DNA of 64,000 nucleotides from the IMG/VR virus record IMGVR_UViG_3300026484_000007, positions 124,001 through 188,000 of that record, one strand, 5' to 3'. Shown here one piece after another: positions 49,843 to 58,262 of the stretch. The translations under genes and the position numbers were made by a program. Within the stretch, counting starts at the first letter, position 1, and every line of letters starts with the position of its first letter. The notes below the pieces were generated by a model. That model was not told the origin of the DNA and ran no database searches. It was given only the letters and a program-made list of their open reading frames with translations.

Positions 49843-49998
49843 AATTTCTCCTTTTGATTTTTTTTAATTTTTCTGATAAATATATATCAATGTCTAAAAA
49901 AATTATTATAAAAATAAAAACTTAACAACTCTAAGATGTGTTTTTTCCGCTTTTGCGTCTGAGTTTAGCACCTCTCAGTCCGTCAGCCTCTTGGCTTC

Positions 49999-50151
49999 TT
50001 ATTCAGAAGTCGCAAGAACAGCTGCTTCGAAAGCAGCCTCAAGAGGCATTTCAGCCTCTTGAACTGCCTGAAGCATCGCTGCTACAAGCGCTTCAGAAGG
50101 GGCATTAAGCCCCTTCGAAGCCAAGAAAGCTAAAATCGCTTTCTTGTCCAT
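49999..50151 (-). CDS. Ala-rich microprotein (50 aa)
   Basis: Manual translation MDKKAILAFLASKGLNAPSEALVAAMLQAVQEAEMPLEAAFEAAVLATSE; promoter and SD present. Confidence 0.7.
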   Translation of the reverse strand: MDKKAILAFLASKGLNAPSEALVAAMLQAVQEAEMPLEAAFEAAVLATSE

Positions 50152-50379
50152 TTTCCTCCTTTATAATTTTTTTGCTAATTAAATATCTAATAAAACTAAA
50201 GCAGTTCTAAAAATTCTTTAAAAATAAAAATGAAGGAGGGAGAGAGGAAAGAGAAAGAAAAGAGAGGGAAAATGTCGCTATATTTCTAATAAAACTTTTT
50301 AGTTCTAAAATCGATTTTAAAATAATTTAAAAATAATTTAAAAAATAAATTTTTTTGATAAATAAAAGTCTGGCGAGAG

Positions 50380-50697
50380 TTATAATAACTCCTTCCAAAC
50401 TTCGTGCAAATCGTTTGCTGCTTTATATAATTTTTTTTTCAATTTCTTTAATTTTTTGATTTTGCCTCTATTTACACGAAGCTCGTCCTCGAGCTTCGTT
50501 TTATGGCGGGAATACTCCGCCATTTCTTCCCCAGAGGCTCCTACCTCTGGGAAGTTTAATCTTTCATTCTGCAACCAGCAGAACTTGAGGTGCTCTCGCA
50601 CCTCTTTTAATTCTTTTAATTCGCATTTTACTTTCTCAGCCTCATATCTGAGGCTATTTTCATAATCGAATACTTCATTTTTTAAATCTTTTCTCAT
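50380..50697 (-). CDS. small coiled-coil early-type protein
   Basis: Cassette promoter and SD. Confidence 0.7.
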   Translation of the reverse strand: MRKDLKNEVFDYENSLRYEAEKVKCELKELKEVREHLKFCWLQNERLNFPEVGASGEEMAEYSRHKTKLEDELRVNRGKIKKLKKLKKKLYKAANDLHEVWKELL

Positions 50698-50772
50698 TTC
50701 TTTCTCCTTTGATTTTTTTTGCTAATTAAATATCTAATAAACCAAAAGCAGTTCTAAAAATTCTTTAAAAAT

Positions 50773-50908
50773 AAAAAAGATAGGAGGAGTCCGCATAAGC
50801 GAACTCCCGGACCTCAAAGGGTCACGTAGCTTTATGACACAGATATGGTTACTCGTTCCGAAGAACTTTCACCATATCGAAAGGTGCCATAAAGCTACCC
50901 TATCTACT
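50773..50908 (-). ncRNA. putative structured ncRNA 2 (~135 nt, multi-way junction, loop E, UUCG tetraloop)
   Basis: Closing stem AGAUAGG/CCUAUCU, 15-bp and 8-bp stems, GAAA/GAGUA internal loop, GUUC-UUCG-GAAC, two more hairpins, U-tract; own promoter. Confidence 0.8.
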
Positions 50909-50944
50909 ATTTATATATCTAATAAACGTTTACGAGTTCTAAAA
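50901..50944 (-). promoter_or_regulatory. phage promoter identical to 4679-4722
   Basis: 44-bp exact repeat. Confidence 0.75.
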
Positions 50945-51000
50945 TAATTTAAACCATTTTTTCTAACGACAAAAAAACGCGTGAGATCTTAAATAGATCA

Positions 51001-51546
51001 TCACGCGCGAATATCGATTAAGAACTTTTTTTCTTTGAGAGTATTTACTCTCATTTGAAGTTCCTTAATCGTTTTTGGATCTTCAAAAGATCCTTCTGTA
51101 ACTTCGCAAGAACTTGTCTCTAGACTTTCGATAATTTCTTCATCTAGGACCTTTCTTGTTTTTTTAGAAGAATCTTTTTTCGATTCTTTTTTTACTTTTT
51201 CAATTTTGAGAGATTCTTCTATATACAATCTCTCATAACCCTCAGCTAATCTGAGGGTTTCAATAGCAAGATCTTTGAAGTAAGCTGCTTTGCTTTTAGC
51301 AGCTCTCACTTCATTAATCTTTTCATGGCGCTCTTTTTTAAGCGCTTTTTTCAAAGATTTGATCTCCTCGTTACGTTTTTCAATAACGCTTTTTAGGAGA
51401 TCAATCTCCTTTTTTTGGTCCTCAATTTTTTTATCGCGGCTGAGGATCATTTCCGCTAACTCTTTTGGCGAATACTTTGTCGCCAGTTCAATAACGCGTT
51501 TGAACTTATCAAATACGTTATTGATTTTTTCCTCTAATTTTTTCAT
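51001..51546 (-). CDS. coiled-coil protein
   Basis: 181-aa ORF with promoter motif upstream. Confidence 0.7.
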   Translation of the reverse strand: MKKLEEKINNVFDKFKRVIELATKYSPKELAEMILSRDKKIEDQKKEIDLLKSVIEKRNEEIKSLKKALKKERHEKINEVRAAKSKAAYFKDLAIETLRLAEGYERLYIEESLKIEKVKKESKKDSSKKTRKVLDEEIIESLETSSCEVTEGSFEDPKTIKELQMRVNTLKEKKFLIDIRA

Positions 51547-51603
51547 TTTAAATCCTTTTTTAACTATTTTTGATATATAAATATCAATGTTAAAAAGGAT
51601 CTT

Positions 51604-52329
51604 CTAAAGTCTTTTGAAAATTAAATTAAATCTTTCTACCGGAACATCTCCAATTTTTTCGCCTTGAATTTTATTCCAATTAATAATGTACTTTGGATCT
51701 CGAGCATCTTGCGTACTAAATAAACTTATATTTTTATAAGAATCTAATAATTCTTTTTTGAATTCTAATTGTTTATTTTCAATTGTTTTATAAATACAAA
51801 AATGATCCCCAGGAGATCCATAAAGATTACTCGACGGAATTTCATACTCTATCAATGAATTAACTTTAAAACAATTAAGATTACTAAAAGGTCTAATAAT
51901 TTCTTTTATTAATTCATTAGTAATTCTATGATCTTCATGATTATCAGATGAATTAAAATACACATTAAGATTAAAAAGCTCGCAATTGTCTGGATTTTTT
52001 TCTTCGTATCTTTTTTGGATCTTTTTTAAAATACTAAGGAGATATTGTTTTATATTTATTTTATGATCAAAAAACTCAGTATCAATTCTAGAATTATTTA
52101 CGAAATATCTAGATTCTGGGATATTTAACTTTTCCATATTAATTTCAAAAGCTTTTAAACGCTTTTCTGAGATAGAAATATCGTTCAATTCTCTTCCGCT
52201 GCTAAGAATTACAAAATAACTATTTTTTAGAACTTCAGATTTTTTAAAGAAATAATCTGCCAAAATTCCCCCACATCCTATCTCAATATCATCTAAATGA
52301 GCTCCGATAAATAAATTTATTTCTTGCAT
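51604..52329 (-). CDS. PIG-L family deacetylase
   Basis: AHLDDIEIGCGG, HEDH. Confidence 0.85.
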   Translation of the reverse strand: MQEINLFIGAHLDDIEIGCGGILADYFFKKSEVLKNSYFVILSSGRELNDISISEKRLKAFEINMEKLNIPESRYFVNNSRIDTEFFDHKINIKQYLLSILKKIQKRYEEKNPDNCELFNLNVYFNSSDNHEDHRITNELIKEIIRPFSNLNCFKVNSLIEYEIPSSNLYGSPGDHFCIYKTIENKQLEFKKELLDSYKNISLFSTQDARDPKYIINWNKIQGEKIGDVPVERFNLIFKRL

Positions 52330-52437
52330 AAAAATTCCTTTTTGATTTTTTATAATTATTTTCTTTTTTTCTAGTTTTTTTCTGACGACAAAAAAAGTGA
52401 TCTAAAAAAGATCACTTTTTATAATTTCTATAATTTT

Positions 52438-52935
52438 TTACATCCCAGGAGGTGTAGGTATACTTGGCGCTTGAGGAATTTGTGGTCCTCCAGCCATTTG
52501 AGGCTGAGCCTGAGCTGGTTGAGCTGCTTGTGCAGCTTGAGTTGGTTGAGGTTGAGGAGTCTGAGGCGCATTGAATGCTGGATTAGATGGTTGCATTGCT
52601 TGAGCTTGACCTGCTTGTGCTGGTTGACCTGCAGCTGCAGCTCCTTGTCCTTTTTCTACAACTTCAACTGCTGTCACTACAATTCTTGGAAAACTTCTTC
52701 CGTTCCAGAAATTAAATGCTAACCACCCAGTAATATTAACTTTATCTCCATCAATTGCTCCATTTTTTAATTCAGGTTTAATATAAATTTCCATCTCTGC
52801 TTGTTTCCATTGATTATCTTTAGTGTCTTTTGCATTAATATAAATAACTTGTTTACTGAATGTTGGTGTAATTTGTTGTGTTCCAAGTGTTCCTGTTAAT
52901 TTTACTTCGTTTAAATTTTGTGTGTTTTGTGCCAT
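52438..52935 (-). CDS. ssb: single-stranded DNA-binding protein (OB fold plus Q/A/P tail)
   Basis: NEVKLTGTL...GDKVNITGWL; low-complexity tail. Confidence 0.7.
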   Translation of the reverse strand: MAQNTQNLNEVKLTGTLGTQQITPTFSKQVIYINAKDTKDNQWKQAEMEIYIKPELKNGAIDGDKVNITGWLAFNFWNGRSFPRIVVTAVEVVEKGQGAAAAGQPAQAGQAQAMQPSNPAFNAPQTPQPQPTQAAQAAQPAQAQPQMAGGPQIPQAPSIPTPPGM

Positions 52936-52993
52936 TATTTATCCTTTTCTGTTTTATTTTTATATAATTTTATAACTGCAACTATTTATATCT

Positions 52994-53332
52994 TTATGAT
53001 TCATTTTCAGATTCAATCTTGGAATCTTTAAGTTTTTTAAGATATTCATCTAATTCATAATCCAATATACTTTTGGTATCTACTGGAACATCTGGCAATT
53101 CCAATGATTCTATTTCTATCCAAAAAGGATTTTTAGGAATTTCGATATATACCGGCAAATCTTGCTTTGGATAATATAATTTTTGAATACTGATATAATC
53201 CTCCAAAAATACAGTTATCCCATCATCTAATATCTTAGGCAACCAAGCAAATTTAGTTACCGCTCGATAAGGATGATTATTATATTTTTTGATTACTTCT
53301 GTTTTCCAAAACATTAATGTTCCTTCGATCAA
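52994..53332 (-). CDS. hypothetical protein
   Basis: 112-aa ORF with FAWLP motif. Confidence 0.6.
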   Translation of the reverse strand: MIEGTLMFWKTEVIKKYNNHPYRAVTKFAWLPKILDDGITVFLEDYISIQKLYYPKQDLPVYIEIPKNPFWIEIESLELPDVPVDTKSILDYELDEYLKKLKDSKIESENES

Positions 53333-53357
53333 TCTTTAATTAATCTTTAATCGATCT

Positions 53358-53546
53358 TTAATGGATCAAATTATTTACTACGTACATCACAAGACTCCCT
53401 GATGCTAATCCGGTTGAAAAGGAAGTAATATGCGATATCCATTCAGGTTTATTTTTTATGGATACATAACCTGCGACAAAAGACGCTAGATATCCAAAAG
53501 AATAAACAAGAATTCCAATGATTATTACTTGGATTTCTGGACTCAT
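53358..53546 (-). CDS. small membrane protein
   Basis: Two TM segments. Confidence 0.6.
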   Translation of the reverse strand: MSPEIQVIIIGILVYSFGYLASFVAGYVSIKNKPEWISHITSFSTGLASGSLVMYVVNNLIH

Positions 53547-53547
53547 T

Positions 53548-54147
53548 TTATTTTACCAAAACCCAATCTTCAGCTAAAATATCTGCTTGACTTGCTAACC
53601 ATCCTGGTTGTATTGTTCCAAGAGCTGTTCTCATAGCAATTACTTCATCAACTTTAACATGTCCGGAATCTCTATAATCATTCTCATCCCTTTTTATAAT
53701 ATCTGGAAAATATCTTTTTAATTCAAATTGACATTGGCAAGAATGTAACATCTTTTTTGTAATTAAGCGTAGATACATACCTTTACCGTTCCATCCAATT
53801 CTTGCAACTTTATATCCCGCTTTTAATAAAGTAATTGCGTCTCCAAATGAAAATCTAGTTTCTGGATCTTCTAAATTTACATAATTCTTATCAAAGAATT
53901 CTTTATTAATAAACCAACAATCTGGATTTTGCAATTGCTCATTAACTCCGTCCCAAACTTCATCAATACTATTAATATCTCCAGCGATAACTCCAACAAC
54001 TTCATCTGATTTAAAATCGACTGTATTCATATCATGTTCACTGATACTGATAAAACTATAATTACCATTTAATGCTTCTAAATCTTTTCCAGTGACTTCT
54101 AGTACTTCGCTAATTTTATTTCCTCTTAATGTTAAAATTCTTTTCAT
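53548..54147 (-). CDS. DUF2829/Tad2-domain protein with an extra N-terminal domain
   Basis: FGDAI.LLKAG.KVAR.GWNGKGM...WLASQADILAEDW. Confidence 0.85.
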   Translation of the reverse strand: MKRILTLRGNKISEVLEVTGKDLEALNGNYSFISISEHDMNTVDFKSDEVVGVIAGDINSIDEVWDGVNEQLQNPDCWFINKEFFDKNYVNLEDPETRFSFGDAITLLKAGYKVARIGWNGKGMYLRLITKKMLHSCQCQFELKRYFPDIIKRDENDYRDSGHVKVDEVIAMRTALGTIQPGWLASQADILAEDWVLVK

Positions 54148-54424
54148 GTTTTTTCCTTTTTAATTTAATTTAATTTTTATTTTATTTTTGCAATATCATG
54201 ATTATAATTGGTAAAAATATAATCAAAATCAAAGGTCCCCATTTTTGAAGTATTTTTGGTATTCTTGATGATTTATCCATTTTTTCTCCTTATAATTTAA
54301 TGGAATTTAAAGACCTTTTGATTTATAAGTTCATTGATTTTGCGGAATCTATCGTGTTAAAGAAATATTCTAATTTCTTTTTACGATAGATTCCTTTTTT
54401 GACTTCACCGATTTCGTTGCTTTC

Positions 54425-54760
54425 TTAGATAAAATAATATACATTTAAATAAGAACTACTTTCCGAGTTTTCAACAACTGTATCAATTTTAAATCCACGA
54501 CGAGTTAAATCTTTATAGATATTTGCTATATCATTAGAAAGATTATTACTGATTTTTATTTTATATTTTTTATAATTTTTACCTCTTAGGAATTCATTTA
54601 TATCCCCTAACCAGATTGTATAATTATCCATTTGACGATTAGGACAATACTCAACCCCGATTAGATTTTTACTAGGGTATTGTTTTTCGGCAAGCTCCCA
54701 AATTCCAGGAATATGTTCCACGCTATACACTGTATACAATTTTTTATTTCTCATTTTCAA
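54425..54760 (-). CDS. hypothetical protein
   Basis: 111-aa ORF flanked by ~47-bp direct repeats. Confidence 0.6.
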   Translation of the reverse strand: MKMRNKKLYTVYSVEHIPGIWELAEKQYPSKNLIGVEYCPNRQMDNYTIWLGDINEFLRGKNYKKYKIKISNNLSNDIANIYKDLTRRGFKIDTVVENSESSSYLNVYYFI

Positions 54761-54776
54761 TCCTTTTTTATTTTAT

Positions 54777-55077
54777 TTATGAATTAAAAAAATATTCTAA
54801 CTTCTTTTTATGATAGATTCCCTTTTTAACTTCATTGACTTCGAACGAATATCTATTAATAAATATTCTACTAAAATCATGAAATAATTCTTCTGGGACA
54901 GTACATAATGGTTTATCAGTGTTTAGTAAAAATATCTGGCACTAATTTTACTAATTTATCCCAGTACCAGATATTAAAATTAGGATAATAATTGCTCAAA
55001 CCCTCAATCTGTTTAAACACATAACCGATCGTTGGAAGATCAGTTATGATTTTAATTGATTTATTTTGAATCAACAT
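54777..55077 (-). pseudogene. frameshifted and internally deleted gene, probably a phage GNAT acetyltransferase
   Basis: Frame 1 ...LSNYYPNFNIWYWDKLV...*; frame 2 LNTDKPLCTVPEELFHDFSRIFINRY...KGIYHKKKLEYFFNS*. Confidence 0.5.
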
Positions 55078-55188
55078 CTTACTTTCTTTTTTTCTATCTT
55101 ACATAATTTTACATATCGGCGATTTGAAGCTGAATCCAAACGGTAACCACTAAAGCTAAAATTATAAATAAAGTTATACCCCCAGTAA

Positions 55189-55980
55189 TCATTTTAACAC
55201 CTGCTTTCTAATTTCTGGATCTTCAAAAGCTCCACCATAGTATTCAGTGGTAAAACCATCGCCTTGACTCATACTTCCTCTTAAGAAAGTACATGAATGT
55301 TTAATATTAATTAATTTTACGTAAACTGAATCAGTTTCAGCAACTTTACTTAATTCTTCATATAAAGCTTTAGTAAGATCTTCTTGCAACCATCCTCTTT
55401 GAGCAACATATCTAACTACTCTTTGTAATTTGCTAATTCCTAATACAAATTTCTCTGGAATATAAGAAATTATTACTTTACTATCATCTTTGAATAATGT
55501 AGAAAATGGTGCTGCATGATGACTACAAACTGCAGTTAAATCAACTTCACTTGTAATAGGTAAATTCTTTTCAGATTCATTCGGGAATCTCGCTAATCTT
55601 ACAGGAACATGAAATCTTCCACCCATTAATTCTCTATCATCATGAGTATTATCTGCGCACCACATTTTTACAATTCTCGCAGGAGTTCCTATATTTCCAA
55701 CTTCACATTCTTCCCAAACATTTGGATCATTCATATCAATTTTCATCGCATCAAATGTCTTTGTAAGATAATAAGAACTTACTAATCTTAAAATATAATG
55801 AAGTTGATCATTGTAATCTTCTTTAACATTAAATACATTTCCATTAATTTTGAATTCCGGAATCTCTTTATATTCATTCCATAATTCATTGAATTTTTTA
55901 TTAGAAGTCTCAGGGTATCTTTTTAAAAATCTTTCTTTAGTGTATTCTTTGACTTCTTTTTCTGTAACTTGAAAATTCAT
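55189..55980 (-). CDS. folE: GTP cyclohydrolase I
   Basis: TPARIVKMW, CSHHAAPF, GISKLQR, LQEDLT, HSCTFLRG. Confidence 0.92.
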   Translation of the reverse strand: MNFQVTEKEVKEYTKERFLKRYPETSNKKFNELWNEYKEIPEFKINGNVFNVKEDYNDQLHYILRLVSSYYLTKTFDAMKIDMNDPNVWEECEVGNIGTPARIVKMWCADNTHDDRELMGGRFHVPVRLARFPNESEKNLPITSEVDLTAVCSHHAAPFSTLFKDDSKVIISYIPEKFVLGISKLQRVVRYVAQRGWLQEDLTKALYEELSKVAETDSVYVKLINIKHSCTFLRGSMSQGDGFTTEYYGGAFEDPEIRKQVLK

Positions 55981-56229
55981 TTATTCTCCTTCTCTTGTAT
56001 ATAATTTTTCAATGCATTTTGGGCATACACTCAATCCACTATTAGCCAATAAAGCTAAATCAGTTCTTGCTAAAGCAAATTGTTCTAATTGATTGCGAAA
56101 ATCCCTTTCAGGATTTTCTTCCATTTGACAAACGCGCTTTTCATTTAACCAAAAATGTATTATATCATCTGGATCTTTGATTAATGATGCGCTTTTATTG
56201 TATTCTCTTAAAACCATAATCATAATCAC
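55981..56229 (-). CDS. hypothetical protein
   Basis: 82-aa ORF ending in CxxC. Confidence 0.6.
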   Translation of the reverse strand: MIMIMVLREYNKSASLIKDPDDIIHFWLNEKRVCQMEENPERDFRNQLEQFALARTDLALLANSGLSVCPKCIEKLYTREGE

Positions 56230-56232
56230 TCC

Positions 56233-56330
56233 TTTATTTTATTTTATTTTATTTTATTTTACTTTACTTTATTTTATTTTATTTTATTTTATTTTATTTT
56301 ATTTTATTTTATTTTATTTTATTTTATTTT
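56233..56330. repeat. (TTTTA)n pentanucleotide microsatellite, about 19 units
   Basis: Seen directly; two CTTTA variant units. Confidence 0.9.
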
Positions 56331-56756
56331 GCATTTTTCAAAATCAGCTTTATACAATTCCGATTTATCTTGCGATTTATCTTTTAACCATTTTTCTCCA
56401 TCTTCTTTTTCCCCTTTAGCCCATCTTTCAGCTTGAGCTGGATCTTGTTTTCTTGAAGATATTTCTTTTACAGTCTCTTGTAATGTACATTTAGGATTAT
56501 ATCCAGCTTTTCTAATTTCTCCAATTGCAATAACTCTTAAATCAGTCAGCGCATCGATCATCTCATGAATATCATTGTTTTTTACTGCATCTTTGAATTC
56601 TTGCAATTCTTCTTCTAATTTTTCAATTGCTTTTTCAGGATTGAAAGTTAATCCATATCTTTCCTCATTTAATTTCACGATTTTATCAATTGGATCATTT
56701 GTAATAATATCTTCTAATATATTTAAACCTGCTTTAATTTCTTTTACTAATTTCAT
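56319..56756 (-). CDS. MazG-like / all-alpha NTP pyrophosphohydrolase
   Basis: LEEELQEF...EMIDALTDL. Confidence 0.75.
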   Translation of the reverse strand: MKLVKEIKAGLNILEDIITNDPIDKIVKLNEERYGLTFNPEKAIEKLEEELQEFKDAVKNNDIHEMIDALTDLRVIAIGEIRKAGYNPKCTLQETVKEISSRKQDPAQAERWAKGEKEDGEKWLKDKSQDKSELYKADFEKCKIK

Positions 56757-56833
56757 TTTATCTCCTTTTTCTAATGACAAAAAAATTAAATAGTAAAGCT
56801 TTAACTTAAGCTCTACTATTTATATCTGTTGAA

Positions 56834-57397
56834 TTATTTTTCGATTTGTGCGGTTTCTTTAGTTACTTCTGTTTCTTCTGTATCTTCAGAATTATCTGTA
56901 TCTTCAGAATTATTTTCATTATCTGTATCTTCAGATACATCTTTTTTAGTATAATAAACTTTTATATAAATGGTTAAAGGATTATCTTCATTAATTGCCT
57001 TACTTCCATCTGGAATTTTAAATATAAATTTCCCATTAAAAATCGAAACTCCCAGTTCTGAACTATCCTTTAGATAATAAGATAATCCTTCTCCAGCTAT
57101 AAAACCATACTTAGTATCCTTAGCGGTAAGCATATTAAAACGAACTATTTCAGAATACTCTGTTCCGTCCGTGAAAATATTCGCATCCAGGTCATCCTCC
57201 GTCAATTCAAATTTCAAAATTTGCTCATAAACTGGTTTTCCGTCGAACCAAATCTCATTTGCTTCTTTTTCTTTATTTAATTCATATCGATACAAATATT
57301 CATCTTTAGTGACAAAAAAATCTAAACATTTAGATTTAAAATAATTAAAAATTTCAATTAGATCGCTGGTTAATTTTGAACTGATCAATTCTTTCAT
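56834..57397 (-). CDS. acidic hypothetical protein
   Basis: 187-aa ORF with SEDTDN repeats. Confidence 0.65.
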   Translation of the reverse strand: MKELISSKLTSDLIEIFNYFKSKCLDFFVTKDEYLYRYELNKEKEANEIWFDGKPVYEQILKFELTEDDLDANIFTDGTEYSEIVRFNMLTAKDTKYGFIAGEGLSYYLKDSSELGVSIFNGKFIFKIPDGSKAINEDNPLTIYIKVYYTKKDVSEDTDNENNSEDTDNSEDTEETEVTKETAQIEK

Positions 57398-57819
57398 TTT
57401 TCATCCTTTTTATAATGGGATTCCCCAAAAATTCTTACTAAAATATAAAATAAAATTTTTTGAAATTTACCTGCTCCTAAGACAGTCATCGCTTCTAAAA
57501 AAATTTTATCGCAAAGTTCCCGCGGTAGGTTTATTGAACAATCTTTACTATAAAGATAATCATGTATAACTGCGGCTTTACCATATTTTGGATCCATAGG
57601 TGGATATATATTCCAAAATATTCTCGGTATGCTCGCAAAATTGGTTTCAAATCCTTCCGGAACTATTATATATGTTCGTTCCGGTAATACATCAGTGTAA
57701 TAGCAAAATTCTTCGATTAATTTCCATTTTCCATTATCTTGATATTCTAACTGTAACGGGCTAGTGAACTTTGCCGGTTTCTTTGGTTTCATTGTTTTCA
57801 TTGTTTTCTTTATTTCCAT
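57394..57819 (-). CDS. DUF1353-family protein
   Basis: VPEGFETNFASIPR...AAVIHDYLY. Confidence 0.85.
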   Translation of the reverse strand: MEIKKTMKTMKPKKPAKFTSPLQLEYQDNGKWKLIEEFCYYTDVLPERTYIIVPEGFETNFASIPRIFWNIYPPMDPKYGKAAVIHDYLYSKDCSINLPRELCDKIFLEAMTVLGAGKFQKILFYILVRIFGESHYKKDEK

Positions 57820-58249
57820 TAGACATCTCCAAATCATAAATTTTTTTAAATTTGTTGATATTCGGAGGTCTTTTTAATTTTTCAAGAGATCTTCTAATTA
57901 AAGCAGTTACTTCAATTTCAGGAATTTTTAAAAGCTGAGAAATTTCTTTAACCGAATAAAAATACATAGAATAAGCTCGAAGATTTTTTTTCGCTTTAGC
58001 TATTCTATCTCTACGGATTTTATTAAAACTATTATTTAAAATTAAAATATCATCTTCTAGTCTTTCGATTATCCTTCTCAGCTCTCGAATTTCTCTATTC
58101 AAAACAGATCCCTCATTATAATCCAAGAAAAAATTCAAAAGTTTTTGACAGCGATCTTTTTCGGTTTTTAATAATTTTATAAGAAAGACTGGATTTTTTT
58201 CCAGTTTTTCTGATTGTTTTTCTAGTTTGATTTTTTCTAAAGAATCCAT
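57761..58249 (-). CDS. sigma70 region-4-like HTH protein
   Basis: YSVKEISQLLKIPEIEV..LIRRSLEKLK. Confidence 0.55.
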   Translation of the reverse strand: MDSLEKIKLEKQSEKLEKNPVFLIKLLKTEKDRCQKLLNFFLDYNEGSVLNREIRELRRIIERLEDDILILNNSFNKIRRDRIAKAKKNLRAYSMYFYSVKEISQLLKIPEIEVTALIRRSLEKLKRPPNINKFKKIYDLEMSNGNKENNENNETKETGKVH

Positions 58250-58262
58250 AGTGATCCTTTAT

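Larger units (their letters stand above)
42845..51590 (-). promoter_or_regulatory. array of about 13 repeated phage promoters, [TTTTAGAAC]...(C/T)AT(T)GATAWWYAWWWAGC-A6-8, each preceding an SD and one gene
   Basis: Copies near 42850, 43133, 43415, 47210, 47558, 47950, 48265, 48582, 49658, 49880, 50170, 50718 and 51575; also 37040, 39601 and 59750. Confidence 0.8.

Noticed and set aside
50773-50908. tRNA, 5S rRNA or SRP RNA identity for ncRNA 2
   Set aside because: No cloverleaf, T-loop consensus or CCA end, and no SRP helix-8 or 5S signature sequence recognised.
42845-51590. Regularly spaced repeats as a CRISPR array
   Set aside because: The intervals are 200-500-bp ORFs with SD sites, the repeats are degenerate AT-rich promoter blocks, and there are no 30-40-bp spacers.
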